A stretch of DNA of 63,773 nucleotides, filler included, from Octopus bimaculoides (taxonomy: Eukaryota): assembly GCF_001194135.2 (NCBI RefSeq). It is 6 parts of 5 records of this genome, joined end to end, with 100 filler letters (N's around TTAATTAATTAA, not from the genome) between each part and the next. Parts side by side here need not be neighbours in the genome. Positions count along the whole stretch, not along the records: positions 21,629 to 50,156 come from NC_068981.1; positions 50,257 to 56,062 come from NW_026384549.1; 4 more parts are not named here. One strand, 5' to 3'. The notes under the pieces were generated by a model. The model was not told the origin of the DNA. It did not search any database and saw only the letters and a program-made list of their open reading frames with translations. A program made the translations under genes and the position numbers. Of the stretch, positions 39,459 through 51,334 are shown in pieces; position 1 is the stretch's first letter, and every line of letters starts with the position of its first letter.

Positions 39459-39544
39459 GCTAATATTCAGGTCCTGTTACTTCTTGAACGTCGTTTACAT
39501 TGTTAATATAGACAACGTTGAGGTAACAAGACCTGAAGAATAGC
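39459..39544 (+). ncRNA. Pre-miRNA-like imperfect hairpin (candidate)
   Basis: ttcaggtcctgttacttc[ttg]aacgtcgttta / 11-nt loop / tagacaacgtt-gaggtaacaagacctgaa, plus a basal gcta/tagc stem. Confidence 0.35.
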
Positions 39545-39621
39545 TAACCTAGTTCTGTGTATGCTACAACTTATATAAGAAACATCACCTTGCTATGAAA
39601 AGGTTGCAATCTGTATGTATG

Positions 39622-39660
<39 letters not shown>

Positions 39661-40000
39661 NNNNNNNNNNNNNNNNNNNNNNNNNNNNNNNNNNNNNNNN
39701 NNNNNNNNNNNNNNNNNNNNNNNNNNNNNNNNNNNNNNNNNNNNNNNNNNNNNNNNNNNNNNNNNNNNNNNNNNNNNNNNNNNNNNNNNNNNNNNNNNNN
39801 NNNNNNNNNNNNNNNNNNNNNNNNNNNNNNNNNNNNNNNNNNNNNNNNNNNNNNNNNNNNNNNNNNNNNNNNNNNNNNNNNNNNNNNNNNNNNNNNNNNN
39901 NNNNNNNNNNNNNNNNNNNNNNNNNNNNNNNNNNNNNNNNNNNNNNNNNNNNNNNNNNNNNNNNNNNNNNNNNNNNNNNNNNNNNNNNNNNNNNNNNNNN

Positions 40001-40065
<65 letters not shown>

Positions 40066-40066
<1 letters not shown>

Positions 40067-40310
40067 AGCGTGGCTTGGTGGTTAGGGTATTACACTCATG
40101 ATCTTAAGAATGTGGTTTCGATTCCTGGACCGGATGATGCATTGTATTCTTGAGCGAAACACTTCATTTCATGTTGCTACGGTCTACCTAGCTAGCAAAA
40201 ATGAGTAATCTTGCGACGGATCAACACCTTGTCCAGAGGCGCGGGGGATCAGTATGTACACTACAGAATCTGGGAAATCAGCCTTATGAGTCTATGACTC
40301 GGGAAAGACA
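40066..40310 (+). mobile_element. SINE family C (tRNA head, CORE-like middle, distinct tail)
   Basis: ggagcgtggcttggtggttagggt..ttcttgagcgaaacacttcatttc..aaaaatgagtaatc. Relatives at 41066-41300(+) and 47848-48092(-). Confidence 0.8.
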
Positions 40311-41065
40311 AACCTCAAACCTGGTGCAAGATGTTGATATATTTTAACGGTAATACTATTTTCCATATCGTTGGTGTATGTGTGTAGGTGGGGTGGGGGG
40401 AGATAGAAATAAATAAAGGCATCCTATTGCATTGATGGCTTAAATTTGAAAATAATATTTGAGACATAAAAGAATCTCCAGCTAGGAAGAGGATGAACTA
40501 TAAAGAGGATCTTATCTCCATATCTAAATAAAAGAAAAACAGGACTAATTTTGGTTACAAATATTGGCACAAGGACAGCAATTTCATAGGAGGAGCTTAA
40601 GTCGATTACAACGACCACAATGCTCAATTAGTACTTATTTTATCGACGAAAGGCAATGTTGATCTCCACGGAAGTTAAAGACTCAGAACATAAAGACAGA
40701 CGAAATGCCTCCAAGGATTTTGTCCGGTGCAACAACAATTCAGTTAGCTCGCCGCCTTAAAAACAGGAATACTATTAAAGAGCAATCGCTACCGATTAAG
40801 GGCTTTAACTAAACAAGCATGATCATGGTCACGTGGTTAAGTAGTAGGCTACGCAATCAAGTATTTCCAGGTTGGATTCTATTATGCGACATCTTGGTCA
40901 AAGGGTTTTTGTGGGGAGAAATTGGGGACAGACTATGCAAAATTCCGTCGAACTATATCTGTCTTTAAGGAAACAAAAACATGAAAAAAGTAAGTCAGCA
41001 ATCTGAGTTTGTGATTCAGGTTCGATTACTGACTGAGTGCATTCGAACGAGACTATGAGTTGAGA

Positions 41066-41300
41066 TGCGTGGCGTAGTGATTAAGGTGTTGGACTCTTGA
41101 TCGTAAGACTGTAATTCCTCAACAGGATGACGTGTTGTGTTCTTGAACAAAACGCTTCATTTCACGTTGCTTCAGTCCATTCAGCTGGCAAAAATGAGTA
41201 ATCCTGCGACGGACCGGCGTCCAGTCCAGGTGGGGAATATATACGGCATGAAACCGGAAAGCCGGCCCGTGTGAGTCAGCATGACCCGAGAAGGTAACTT
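41066..41300 (+). mobile_element. SINE family C copy
   Basis: Same head and tail as 40066-40310. Confidence 0.8.
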
Positions 41301-42229
41301 TTATTACTGACTGAATTGTTCCTAGTACTTGCGAAAATGTGCATGAAATTCAATGCTTAGTAGGTTATTAGTTAAGGAATGTGTTAACGTTATGAATAAA
41401 AGGAAACTGGTAAGCTTACACATTCACTTGCTCACACATGCGTGTGTGTGAACATATANNNNNNNNNNNNNNNNNNNNNNNNNNNNNNNNNNNNNNNNNN
41501 NNNNNNNNNNNATATATATATATATATATACATATTGTTTTCCTGATATATTTGTTAATGATTCTGCATGAGCGAGAGAAAGAATAAGATGGAAGAGAAG
41601 AAAATGAGAAAGAGAAGAAGGAAGAGAAGAAAGGGATTGAAACCAAAGCAGAGAAAATTACAGGACAAGAACAAAGAAATGGTCTTTTGGTCTTTAAAAC
41701 TGATTTATAACATCAGAGAAAGAAACATTTCCACTAATGTAAAATAAATGCATGAACACCTTGGAACAATGTTGTCAATCTATTAACTCTTCGCACTCTC
41801 TTTTTCTCTTGATAAATAAAACGAAACTGGTAAGCTTACACATTCGTCTTTATTTTTTATATTATTGTTTTAATTTTAAATTTATCTTTACCGTTCTAGA
41901 GGGGTAAAATAACCCCTGTTGGAAAATGTGTGTGCGAGTGCATGTGTTTGTGTGTGTTTATGAATATCATTTGTTTAATGTGGTATAGTTGCATATGACG
42001 TAGACGGTTTTTCCATATAGCAGGGGTGGAAATAGGAGCATCACACTTTCCGTTTTGACACCATCTCCTGACCCATCAATACCTTAAAAGGATACCGTTC
42101 TGTTGTAAGTACATTCAGAGTAGATTCCTGACGTAGGCGGGAGAGGGGTTACCGTGACCTAACGATACAGGGATACAGTCTACACCCCCTTATAAGTCTA
42201 AAATTGAAACGAAACATGTCGGACAATTC

Positions 42230-43020
42230 TCAATACTCTTCTCAAACTTTCTGGTACATTGATCCAACCTAAACCGAAGTCATTGTCATCGGTGACTTCA
42301 ATGTTCGTAACTCGTCTTAATTCTAATACTCATACTAATGCTGCCAGTGCTGAAACCGAAATTTTTCACAATCCTCAAATCTGTATATTCCTTGACCACA
42401 TCCCCTATTCCCATCCCGGACAGATATATAGACGCTCCAAACATTCTCATTCCTTCCTCACCTCCAGTCCCAAACAATACTAAACCATTATCGCATCTGC
42501 GCTAGCCAAGTCATTCGACAACAGCATTATCACAACTACCCATCACACATCCAAATACTACAATCTACACAACGGACACTATGACATTTCAAGTCAGTTG
42601 AGAAGGTCGAAGCCTCACCAGTTTAATGCTAAATGTCCTTGGCAGCACAAGTGCTTCCTCGTTGTTCTATTAGAAACAGATAAGCGTGTCAATGAAGCTA
42701 TCCTGTCCGGCATGTCCTTCATAGCCCCCAAATCACTCATGTGGGTTACTCATAGTCATTCTACAACAATTCAAGCAAACAAATACGGCCTACAATATAT
42801 GGAGAAAAGCATTCCCTTTTACAAACAGTACGCTTTTACGACTCAACATTGCAACTCTTGCCACATCATCATCTATAACGGAATGGTGTCTCCGTACATC
42901 GTACAACCGGCAAGCTCTTTCACCTTCAACATTGCAGTTGCTTCTTCGTTGACGAAATCTGATATATACGAATCATACCCTAAGTTGTGACAGTACTTAT
43001 GATGCTCCACACTGCATACC
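42230..43020 (+). mobile_element. Decayed CR1/Jockey-group LINE fragment (APE endonuclease and linker)
   Basis: gtcattgtcatcggtgacttcaatgtt = VIVIGDFNV, the APE motif; downstream AYNIWRK-like linker; frameshifted. Confidence 0.55.
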
Positions 43021-43879
43021 TTAATTTTTCGTTAATTTACTTAATTTTCAGACCTCTCACCCTTACCTTTCTTGATTAGAATGAATTATTTAGCTAATGA
43101 GCTTTTTTTTCTGCCCCACCATGAATATAATATGAGTTAAAATTTATTGGTTTACTATATATCGTAAGTTATGTGTTTTACACGCAGAAGACAGCTCTGG
43201 ACATCTCAACCCTTTTCTCTATCAAACTTTTACTTTATTTTTTATCTTTTACTAGTTTCAGATTCCCTTTTGATGAAATGCTATGTCATAGGAACGTAAA
43301 CAAACCAAAAACCGGTTGTCAAGCTGTTGGGGTGACAGACACGAACACACGCGCGCGTGCATATATATGACAGGCTTCTGTACAGTTTCCGTCTACCCAG
43401 TTTGATCACAGGGCATTGTCGACCAATGCCCTATGAAGACACTTGCCCAAGGTCCGTGCAGTGGGACTGAGCCTGAAAGTACGTGGTTGTAAAACGAGCA
43501 TATTTCTTATAATAAATTTGAATATCTACAGAATTAAAAAAAAATGTAACTGTGTGATGTTCATGCTGTTATCAAGGTTAATAGTTGTTATGCTATTTAA
43601 CCACAGCCCAGTCATGATCATCCTGTCTTTCATTCAGACATCTAAGACTAACTTAAGCAATATATAAGTAGTCAGCCTTAAAAAAAAAAGAATAAGAAAC
43701 TAACAAACAAAAACAGTTGGGTGTAACTCAAGAAAAATAGATTCGGCTGCTATTTCTGACATATCGAGCGATGACGTAGAGACTTTGTAATTGTGTTGAG
43801 GTAACTGAAAGCTGAAGCCAACATCAGTGTGCTCTTTCCAAAACTCTCAGTAAATGTCTCGTAGCGCTAGGCCACTGGG

Positions 43880-44600
43880 AATCGTCTATAACGTATATTA
43901 ATGACGTCATGTGAAATGAAATGACGACAACGTAAAATTGAAACCGAATCGTTGACTTAGTTTAGCAGATGCTCGCCTCTTCCCCAATACTATTCACACT
44001 ATTCAATTTTAACTTTACTATAAAATCAATCCCTTGCTGTTACTTGGTTGTTGATTTATCATCAATCATCTGATCTTAACACATGTGTTATATTTATTAT
44101 AACAGCCCATCTCTTTCAATTGTTTCACGTTTAGAATTAACGCTGAACGTTATTTTACTTTCGTTTCATAAATTTCGTTCTGATCAACATTTGCTTATTT
44201 AATTTTCGCTATTAGATTCGCTTGCTTTAATTTATTTTCTGTTCCCTCTTTCGTTTATTTCCTCAATCCCAATATTTTAAGCAGATAACATCTTTCTCCT
44301 TTCTATATTTCAATAACATACTGCTTCACTTTTTCCCCGAGTCGACATTTTTAATCATCTATCGTCAATTCTATCTGCATACTTCTTTTTAATTCGAAAA
44401 ATCTGCCTACCTTCCCAAAGGATTGATGATAAAGGCGATCTACTCCATTTCTTTTCCCTTCACTCACTCTCTTTCTCTCTCACTATTTTTCTGTCTGTCT
44501 CTTTTTCACACACACAAGCATACTTGTAAAAAAAAAAAGCAGAAATAAATTCAGACATCTCTCTCGTTCTCTCCCTATTAGTCTCTTTCTTTCTTTCTCT

Positions 44601-44639
<39 letters not shown>

Positions 44640-44720
44640 CCTCCCTCCCCCGTATATGGCCGCCATGCCATTACAACTGCCTACGTATTTTCTTCCTACC
44701 TTACGTCGGGTGACTACCGA
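43880..44720. promoter_or_regulatory. Possible promoter / non-coding first-exon region
   Basis: Perfect CRE TGACGTCA at 43902-43909, YY1-like ggccgccat at 44658-44666, and a minus-strand donor GAC|gtaagg at 44705. Motif-level evidence only. Confidence 0.2.
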
Positions 44721-45288
44721 TTAGCTGATAAAATCTTTGCACTGTGTTAACCTTGTCTTGAAATAACAATAGTTGACATTACTGGCATGTTAAGCTGAAG
44801 ATACCGTCACTGTTGTCAAGTAATAAGAGCTAACTGTACCACGAATCCAACGAGTATGGACATGGCGCGGTGTGAGAGATTAAGTCGGTCAGACCTATAA
44901 TATTCTCGATAGTATTTTGTTGTAGTATTATTCTCTCCTACCGCCAAACAATCTACCATACGCGACACGTTTTTTTACTATTTATGTGGAGCTGCTTAAC
45001 ATTATTTCGCCCTCTTATTATTTATCAGTGAGTGGTGAAGAACTAATAGAAAAGCTAGAAAATGATCAGCAGAAATAATGAAGATAAGACATTTAAATAT
45101 ATAAAGCTACTTACTACTGTAAACATCTTAGCTTTTCAAACCGTTGTTTTCGTCATATACAAAGGAATTACTCTTGGTATATTTAGTTCAAGATAAACGC
45201 ATACTCACACAAACATATTTACACAGATACAATATAATTAAATGTAAATGTATGTGTACACATGCGCGCGCACACGCACACACACACA

Positions 45289-45361
<73 letters not shown>

Positions 45362-45659
45362 AGTTATATATCTATATTGGAATATGTTATGTGTGTGTGT
45401 GTGCGCGCGTGTGTATATATACATATGTATACATATATATAAACTGCATATATGTGTATTTACATATATGTATATGTGTGTGTACGTGTAATATATATAT
45501 GTGTGTGTGTGTGTGTGTTTATAGATATGCTTATTCATGTATATATATACGTATGCGTTTTTAGATTGAATTAATATTCAGTAACATTCACTGGATAAAA
45601 AAATGACACAATATTGGAATAGTGTCTAAATATTTTAATTTGCTTAAATTGCTGTTTAT

Positions 45660-45696
45660 CGCTACGAAGTTTCGCCCGTGACGACTCATCTGACAG
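45660..45696 (-). ncRNA. Degenerate type I hammerhead-like motif
   Basis: Minus strand: ctgt CAGATGA gtc-gtcacg-ggc GAAA c-ttc-g TA gc. U4A core change and weak stem I. Confidence 0.4.
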
Positions 45697-46216
45697 GAGT
45701 GCTTGCACAGCCACCAAACATAAAAATTTTCTTTGAAAAATATATCTCTTCATACTATAGAATGATATAATTTGTTTTCACATATAATTGTACACAAACA
45801 GAAATACAGTTTTATTCAGGCTCAAATGGTTTTACGTATAGAAATAGGCTAAAGTTTTGTACGTTTTTAGTTATGCCACAGTAGAATGTTCAGCATGGTA
45901 GTACATCGTATGCCAACAACCACCATACACCACTGAAATTGAATACAGGAAAACATTGATATCAATCTAATGGACGTTGCGGTTCTCGACACCTCGCCCT
46001 GCCAAATGGCTTTGTGCTAAGTTATAAGTCAGTAAATGACTATACCAAATCTAAGCCCACTTTCACCTTCAGTAAACCGTATCATGTTATGTTCCCGCTG
46101 TTAATAAACATCTCTTAGCTGGAAATATTACTAATCTAAACAACCTCGCAGATCATAGACACCTCTCACTTGAAGTTTTCATAAATTCTACACAGCTATG
46201 TAGATGATAATACCGC

Positions 46217-46637
46217 CAGGGCCAGATTAAGATGCATAGAAGCCCTAAGAACTTAAAAGATTTTATTGTCCCCATATATATTTAATTCAAAATATAAGGA
46301 ATAATAAATTGTAAAATGAATTTTATATTTCACAAAATGAAAACTAACAGTAACATGGAAAATAATGTTTATTTTTGTATAATTCCACTTTATATTTGAA
46401 AATTTACTACTTTTTTTTTAATTGCAGTCTTTGATCAGATCCTCAAAATTAATCTTACGCAGCACATCTGTTTCTATACTTGGTAGAGATAAGGCATCCT
46501 GATAATTATTTTAGCAGATTTAAAAGTGATTTCTTTTGTGCCGTAAACCATTTTCCATTTCTGTGGTGCCCCCCCCCCCAACTTTCTTTGATACTCTAAG
46601 TACGTACTTATTTTGCTTAAGGGTTAATCCAGCGCTA
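46217..46637 (+). mobile_element. hAT-like MITE
   Basis: Imperfect TIRs cagggccagattaa / ttaatccagcgct around an AT-rich interior. Confidence 0.5.
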
Positions 46638-47274
46638 AACACCGTTAACCTGGAAACCTCACAAACACCTCATAAGGCCGCCACTTCATTTCCGCAAGTA
46701 GTTAAAGTCCAAGCAAACGTATTTAGTGTAGCAAGTTGAATATAATTTTTAATTAAGTGAAATTAAAGGTGTATTGAGAGAAAAAGTCATTAGCTTTAAC
46801 GACTACCTGGAAAACTGACAGCGTGGAAGCTTTCGAATCATTAAAGTAGAATGTGTGTCTACTATTGTTTGTCTTATGGCAATCTTGCTGTTCTTAGTAT
46901 TGCTTATCTTCGCGATCAGTGCTATTCCTGACACATTCTCTGTATTTTCAGACATATTTTTAGCTCAGGCTGCATTACCCTATGTGTCCATTCCATCGAT
47001 AATTTCTAAGGCGGTTGTGTGTGATTTGAAAGAGATTTAATTGGTATTTCTAGCGGGTAGAATGATACTAGAAGCACTGTAGTAGGTAGATATTACACAA
47101 CAAAGACCTCATTCTCTTGATGAAAATTTGAATCACTTGTTTTGTTGTGAAATTATACTAACAGGATAGACATGGCAGGAAGGGAAATTGAATGTTGAAG
47201 ACGGGAGCTAACTTATAATGTTACGCATGCAAGAACGTTACGGAAGAAAACACGGAGGAAAATCTAAAGAACAA

Positions 47275-47357
<83 letters not shown>

Positions 47358-47847
47358 ACTCACTCACTCACACATATGCACATAATGTCTGAAAAAAAGT
47401 CACAGGAAGAAGTCACTGAGAAACTTCAATGCTTTTTGTTTGTTTTATTTCAGATAATAAATAAAATGTCCTTTTTTCCCTCACATAAGTGTAATACAAT
47501 TATATAAATCTTGTGCTCATTGTGTTCAAGACATGTTAATTAATGACTTAAAATTTCATTACATAGTTTAATTAGTGTGTCTATTTGTGCTACTAAATGA
47601 AATGAGAAACTTTTTCTTATGAATTTTGATTTTGTTTTTATTGTGCCATTTCTGTGACATTTTCCCCCGTGACTTCATTTCCGCTCATTTTTGTTACATA
47701 TCTTATAATCTGTATGTTCTAAGTACTGCACCAGTACTTTCTAAAATTTTAAGGATGGTCACATCCATGGCACACTATGTTTTTCCATACATCATCCTGA
47801 GATCCACAGTCACCTTGAAACAACCACCTGATGTAAAGTAAAAAGTA

Positions 47848-48092
47848 AAGTTACCTTATGGAGTCATACCGACTCACACGGACCGGTTTCCCGGTTTCAT
47901 GCCGTATACATTCCCCACCTGGACGGGACGTCGTTTCGTCGCAGGATTACTCATTTTTGTAGTTGAGTGGACTGGAGCAACGTGAAATGAAATGCTTTGC
48001 TCAAGAACACAATGCGTCGCCCGGTTGTGGAATCGGAAACCACAATCTTACGATCATGAGTCCAACACTCTAAATACTAAGCCACGCGCCTA
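47848..48092 (-). mobile_element. SINE family C copy
   Basis: Reverse complement of the 41066 copy. Confidence 0.8.
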
Positions 48093-48104
48093 CACGTCAG
48101 TCTG

Positions 48105-48265
48105 ATAGCCTTCTTCTTACTGGCTCCTATGATGTCAAACAGGATGTAAACTCTGCAGAGGGACTGACCTACAAACCCTCTGCATCTCACCTCAATGGGA
48201 TCACACATGGAAATTACATGGTCCACTTTGTGGCGCAAAGTGAGCTTTAAATGTGTTCCCACCAG
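48105..48265 (-). mobile_element. HERO-like RLE C-terminal fragment
   Basis: CDPIEVRCRGFVGQSLCRVYILFDIIGASKKKAI matches the HERO-type PxEVGCRGFxGxSLxR..GIxG..KRKAI. Confidence 0.75.
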
Positions 48266-48591
48266 GCACTAATGTCCTATCATTTCCTTCATAATCCATT
48301 TATAAATTTCTTGGAAACCTTGTCTAGCCACTTCAGTCGTGTTTTCTCTTCTAGCCTGTTCTCTTATTCTAGCTTGTGCAAAATATTCTTGCCTGTCATC
48401 ATCGTTCATATATTGGCATTTTGATTAACTATTCTCATTCTATTAAAGTGATAATATACCGTTATCACTTTAACGTAATAGATATCTTTAATTAAACAGC
48501 ATGTAACTATTAAATACAACGTTTTGGGGCTTGTGTGTAAACGTAAGCATGCGTAGTCAAAACAGTTAATTAATGATTCATTTTTATCAGC

Positions 48592-49025
48592 AGGCCTGGC
48601 TGTGTGGCTAAGAAGCTTGCGTCTCAACCATGTGATCACGGGTTCAGTTCCACTGTGGGGTACCTTGGGCAAATGTACTATAGCTTCAGGCCGACCAAAG
48701 CCTTGTGAGTGAATTTGGTAGACAGAAACTGAAAGAAGTTCATCATCTGTGTGTGTGTGTGTGTGTATAATATAATATAAAATTGTGTGTGTGTGTATGT
48801 GTGTGTGTGTGTGTGCGTGCGTGTATGAGTGTGTATGTGTGTATCTCGCGCTTGACATCTGGTGTTTTGTTTGCGTCCTTATAACATTATCGGTTCAGCA
48901 AAAGAGACCGCTGGAATAAGCCACAAGCTTTAAAAAAATTAGTACTGGGGTTGATACGTGCGACCAAAATCCTTCAAGGCGGTACCCCAGCATGGCCGCA
49001 ATCTAAATACTGAAACAAATAAAAG
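48592..49025 (+). mobile_element. SINE family A copy
   Basis: Head, microsatellite and tail as at 531-918. Confidence 0.85.
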
Positions 49026-50579
49026 GGTAAATGTGAAAGTAAAAGAAGAAAAAAATCAAAAATAAAATATTTTGACCTCGAATAATTTCGTGACACACCT
49101 GTGCAAATTCGTGACACACTAAAATACTACGCCACATATTGGGAAACACTGACCTAGAGGTTGCTTTGAAGCATTCAACTAATGACCTCCATACTGAACG
49201 GGTTTATTTAGAAGAAAAAATAAACAGTTGAAACCACATTGCAGACATTAGTTTATTTATAGAGCCGCAAAAATTACTTTTGTCTTCTGGAAATAGCTGA
49301 CCTTCAGCAAAGACCAGGTCCACCACACTGTCATACTTGAAATCTTCCTTCTCTGCATTAAATATATTGAGTTTCTTACTTATCAGGTGCATATGTAAAA
49401 GATATATGTATCTGGTGATAGACTGTCCTCAATGAGTTAACAAGGGAACCATGGCGTGGTTTCTTCGCCTTGTGGAAATAGCAGCCAAGTTTCTTTCAAA
49501 TTATACTCTACAGGTTTATTAAATGCAGAGCATACTGGAAAATTGCAATTATAGATACGCTATGAGCGAAAGAAAATAATCTACTCGGTTGAGGTTGACC
49601 TTTGTCTTAACGATAGGGGAGCCTTTGCGGTTACTCGAGCTACTAGAAATAGCAACCAGATCTCCTTCAAGGGATCCCTTAATCTAGTAAAAAAGGTAGG
49701 ACACACAAGACAATGTAGCTCTAGATACACTATGGCTGAACGACAAGAAAAAAATCTGCCCAATTGAGACTAACCTCAAGCTAAACAATAATAATTCTTA
49801 AATTTCCATCAAAATAACTCTTTAATTTCCAACTGAATTATTTGTTATAATGCTGTGATACTTAATGTGGGGAGCACTGGATGTCTTTTTTTCATTTCTT
49901 AGAAATAAAATTTTTAAACAAGCAATATTGATTTCAAAATTTTAGTACAAGACCAGCAATCTCGAGGGATGGTGTAGATCAACTGGTACTTCTTTTATCG
50001 ACCCCACAAAAGGACTTTCAACTCGGAACATAAAAACGGACGAAATGACAATAAGCATTTTTGCCCGGCGTGCTAACGATTCTGCCAGCTTATCACCTTA
50101 CTTTTAAACTAGTAATATTACATTTTAAATGTATATATATATATATATATATATATNNNNNNNNNNNNNNNNNNNNNNNNNNNNNNNNNNNNNNNNNNNN
50201 TTAATTAATTAANNNNNNNNNNNNNNNNNNNNNNNNNNNNNNNNNNNNNNNNNNNNAAGTATTTTGGTGCAAAAGTGTCTACTACAAGGCCTGGTGGGGT
50301 GGGTTGTTTTTGTTTTGTAGGATTTGAAAAATACGGGGTTTACAAGATAATTCTTAAGAATTTTGGTTTGAGGCCAATGTCTTGTTCTCTTTTCTTTTAG
50401 AGGCGTGGGTGGGTGGGTGGTGGTGGTTAGTCAATGACATCTCCCAGGGCTCAACTGTTACTTATTCGTTTTATCAGCCCCTAAAGGATGGCTGGCAAAG
50501 AGCATCTTGGCAGAAACTGAACTTAGAATGAAAAAAACAGGAAAAGACGCTGAGCAATTTTGGCAGCCTGTCGACTTAC

Positions 50580-50787
50580 TCTTTTACTTGTTTCAGTCAT
50601 TTGACTGTAGCCATGCTGGAGCACCACCTATAGCCGAGCAAATCGACCCCAGGGCTTATTCTTTGTTAGCCTAGTACTTATTCTATCGGTCTCTTTTGCC
50701 GAACCACTAAGTTACGGGGGACGTAAACACACCAGCATCGGTTGTCAAGCGATGCTTGGGGGAACAAACACAGACACACAAAAACAT

Positions 50788-50818
<31 letters not shown>

Positions 50819-50995
50819 CACACATACATATACATACGACAGGCTTCTTTCAGTTTCCGTCTACCAAATCCACTCACAAGGCTTTGGTCGGCCCGAGGTT
50901 CTAGTAGAAGACACTTGCCCAAGGTGCCACGCAGTGGGACTGAACCCAGAACCATGTGGTTGGTAAGCAAGCTACTTACCACACAGCCACCCCTG
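50580..50995 (-). mobile_element. SINE family A, near-intact copy
   Basis: Complete head (50995-50835) and tail (50775-50580). Confidence 0.9.
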
Positions 50996-51140
50996 CTTGA
51001 TGTGTCTAATTTGTTTATCTGCATAATTGCCTCTACACCTGCTCAACCTGATCCCCCTCTAAAGACTTTGGAGTCTCAGTTTGAATCTTTTGAGCAATAT
51101 TGTCTTCTGTGCAGGTGAATATCTGGATCTCATCTGTGAA

Positions 51141-51179
<39 letters not shown>

Positions 51180-51293
51180 TGAGGCGACACCAGGTCATCA
51201 GCATCCAGCATCACTCGTGCTCATCGCTCCCACTGCGTGTCACCTTGGGCAAGTGTCTGTGTGTGTGTGTATACATTTGTGTATGTCTTTGTA

Positions 51294-51334
<41 letters not shown>

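Noticed and set aside
42125-42225. ctgacg...GAAAcatgTC gga hammerhead-like arrangement
   Set aside because: The core is incomplete and stem II does not close properly. CTGATGA hits near 25170, 32088, 26828 and 51196 likewise lack stem II and GAAA.
46855-47040. Signal-peptide-like ORF (MAILLFLVLLIFAISA...)
   Set aside because: It has no donor site and runs into a dispersed repeat; likely chance in T-rich sequence.
49277-49352. Minus-strand exon-like segment EKEDFKYDSVVDLVFAEGQLFPEDK
   Set aside because: It does not match downstream ENOSF1 or anything I recognise; unsupported.
51030-51140. Exon-like segment DEIQIFTCTEDNIAQKIQ...
   Set aside because: No homology; could be a decayed retroelement tail.
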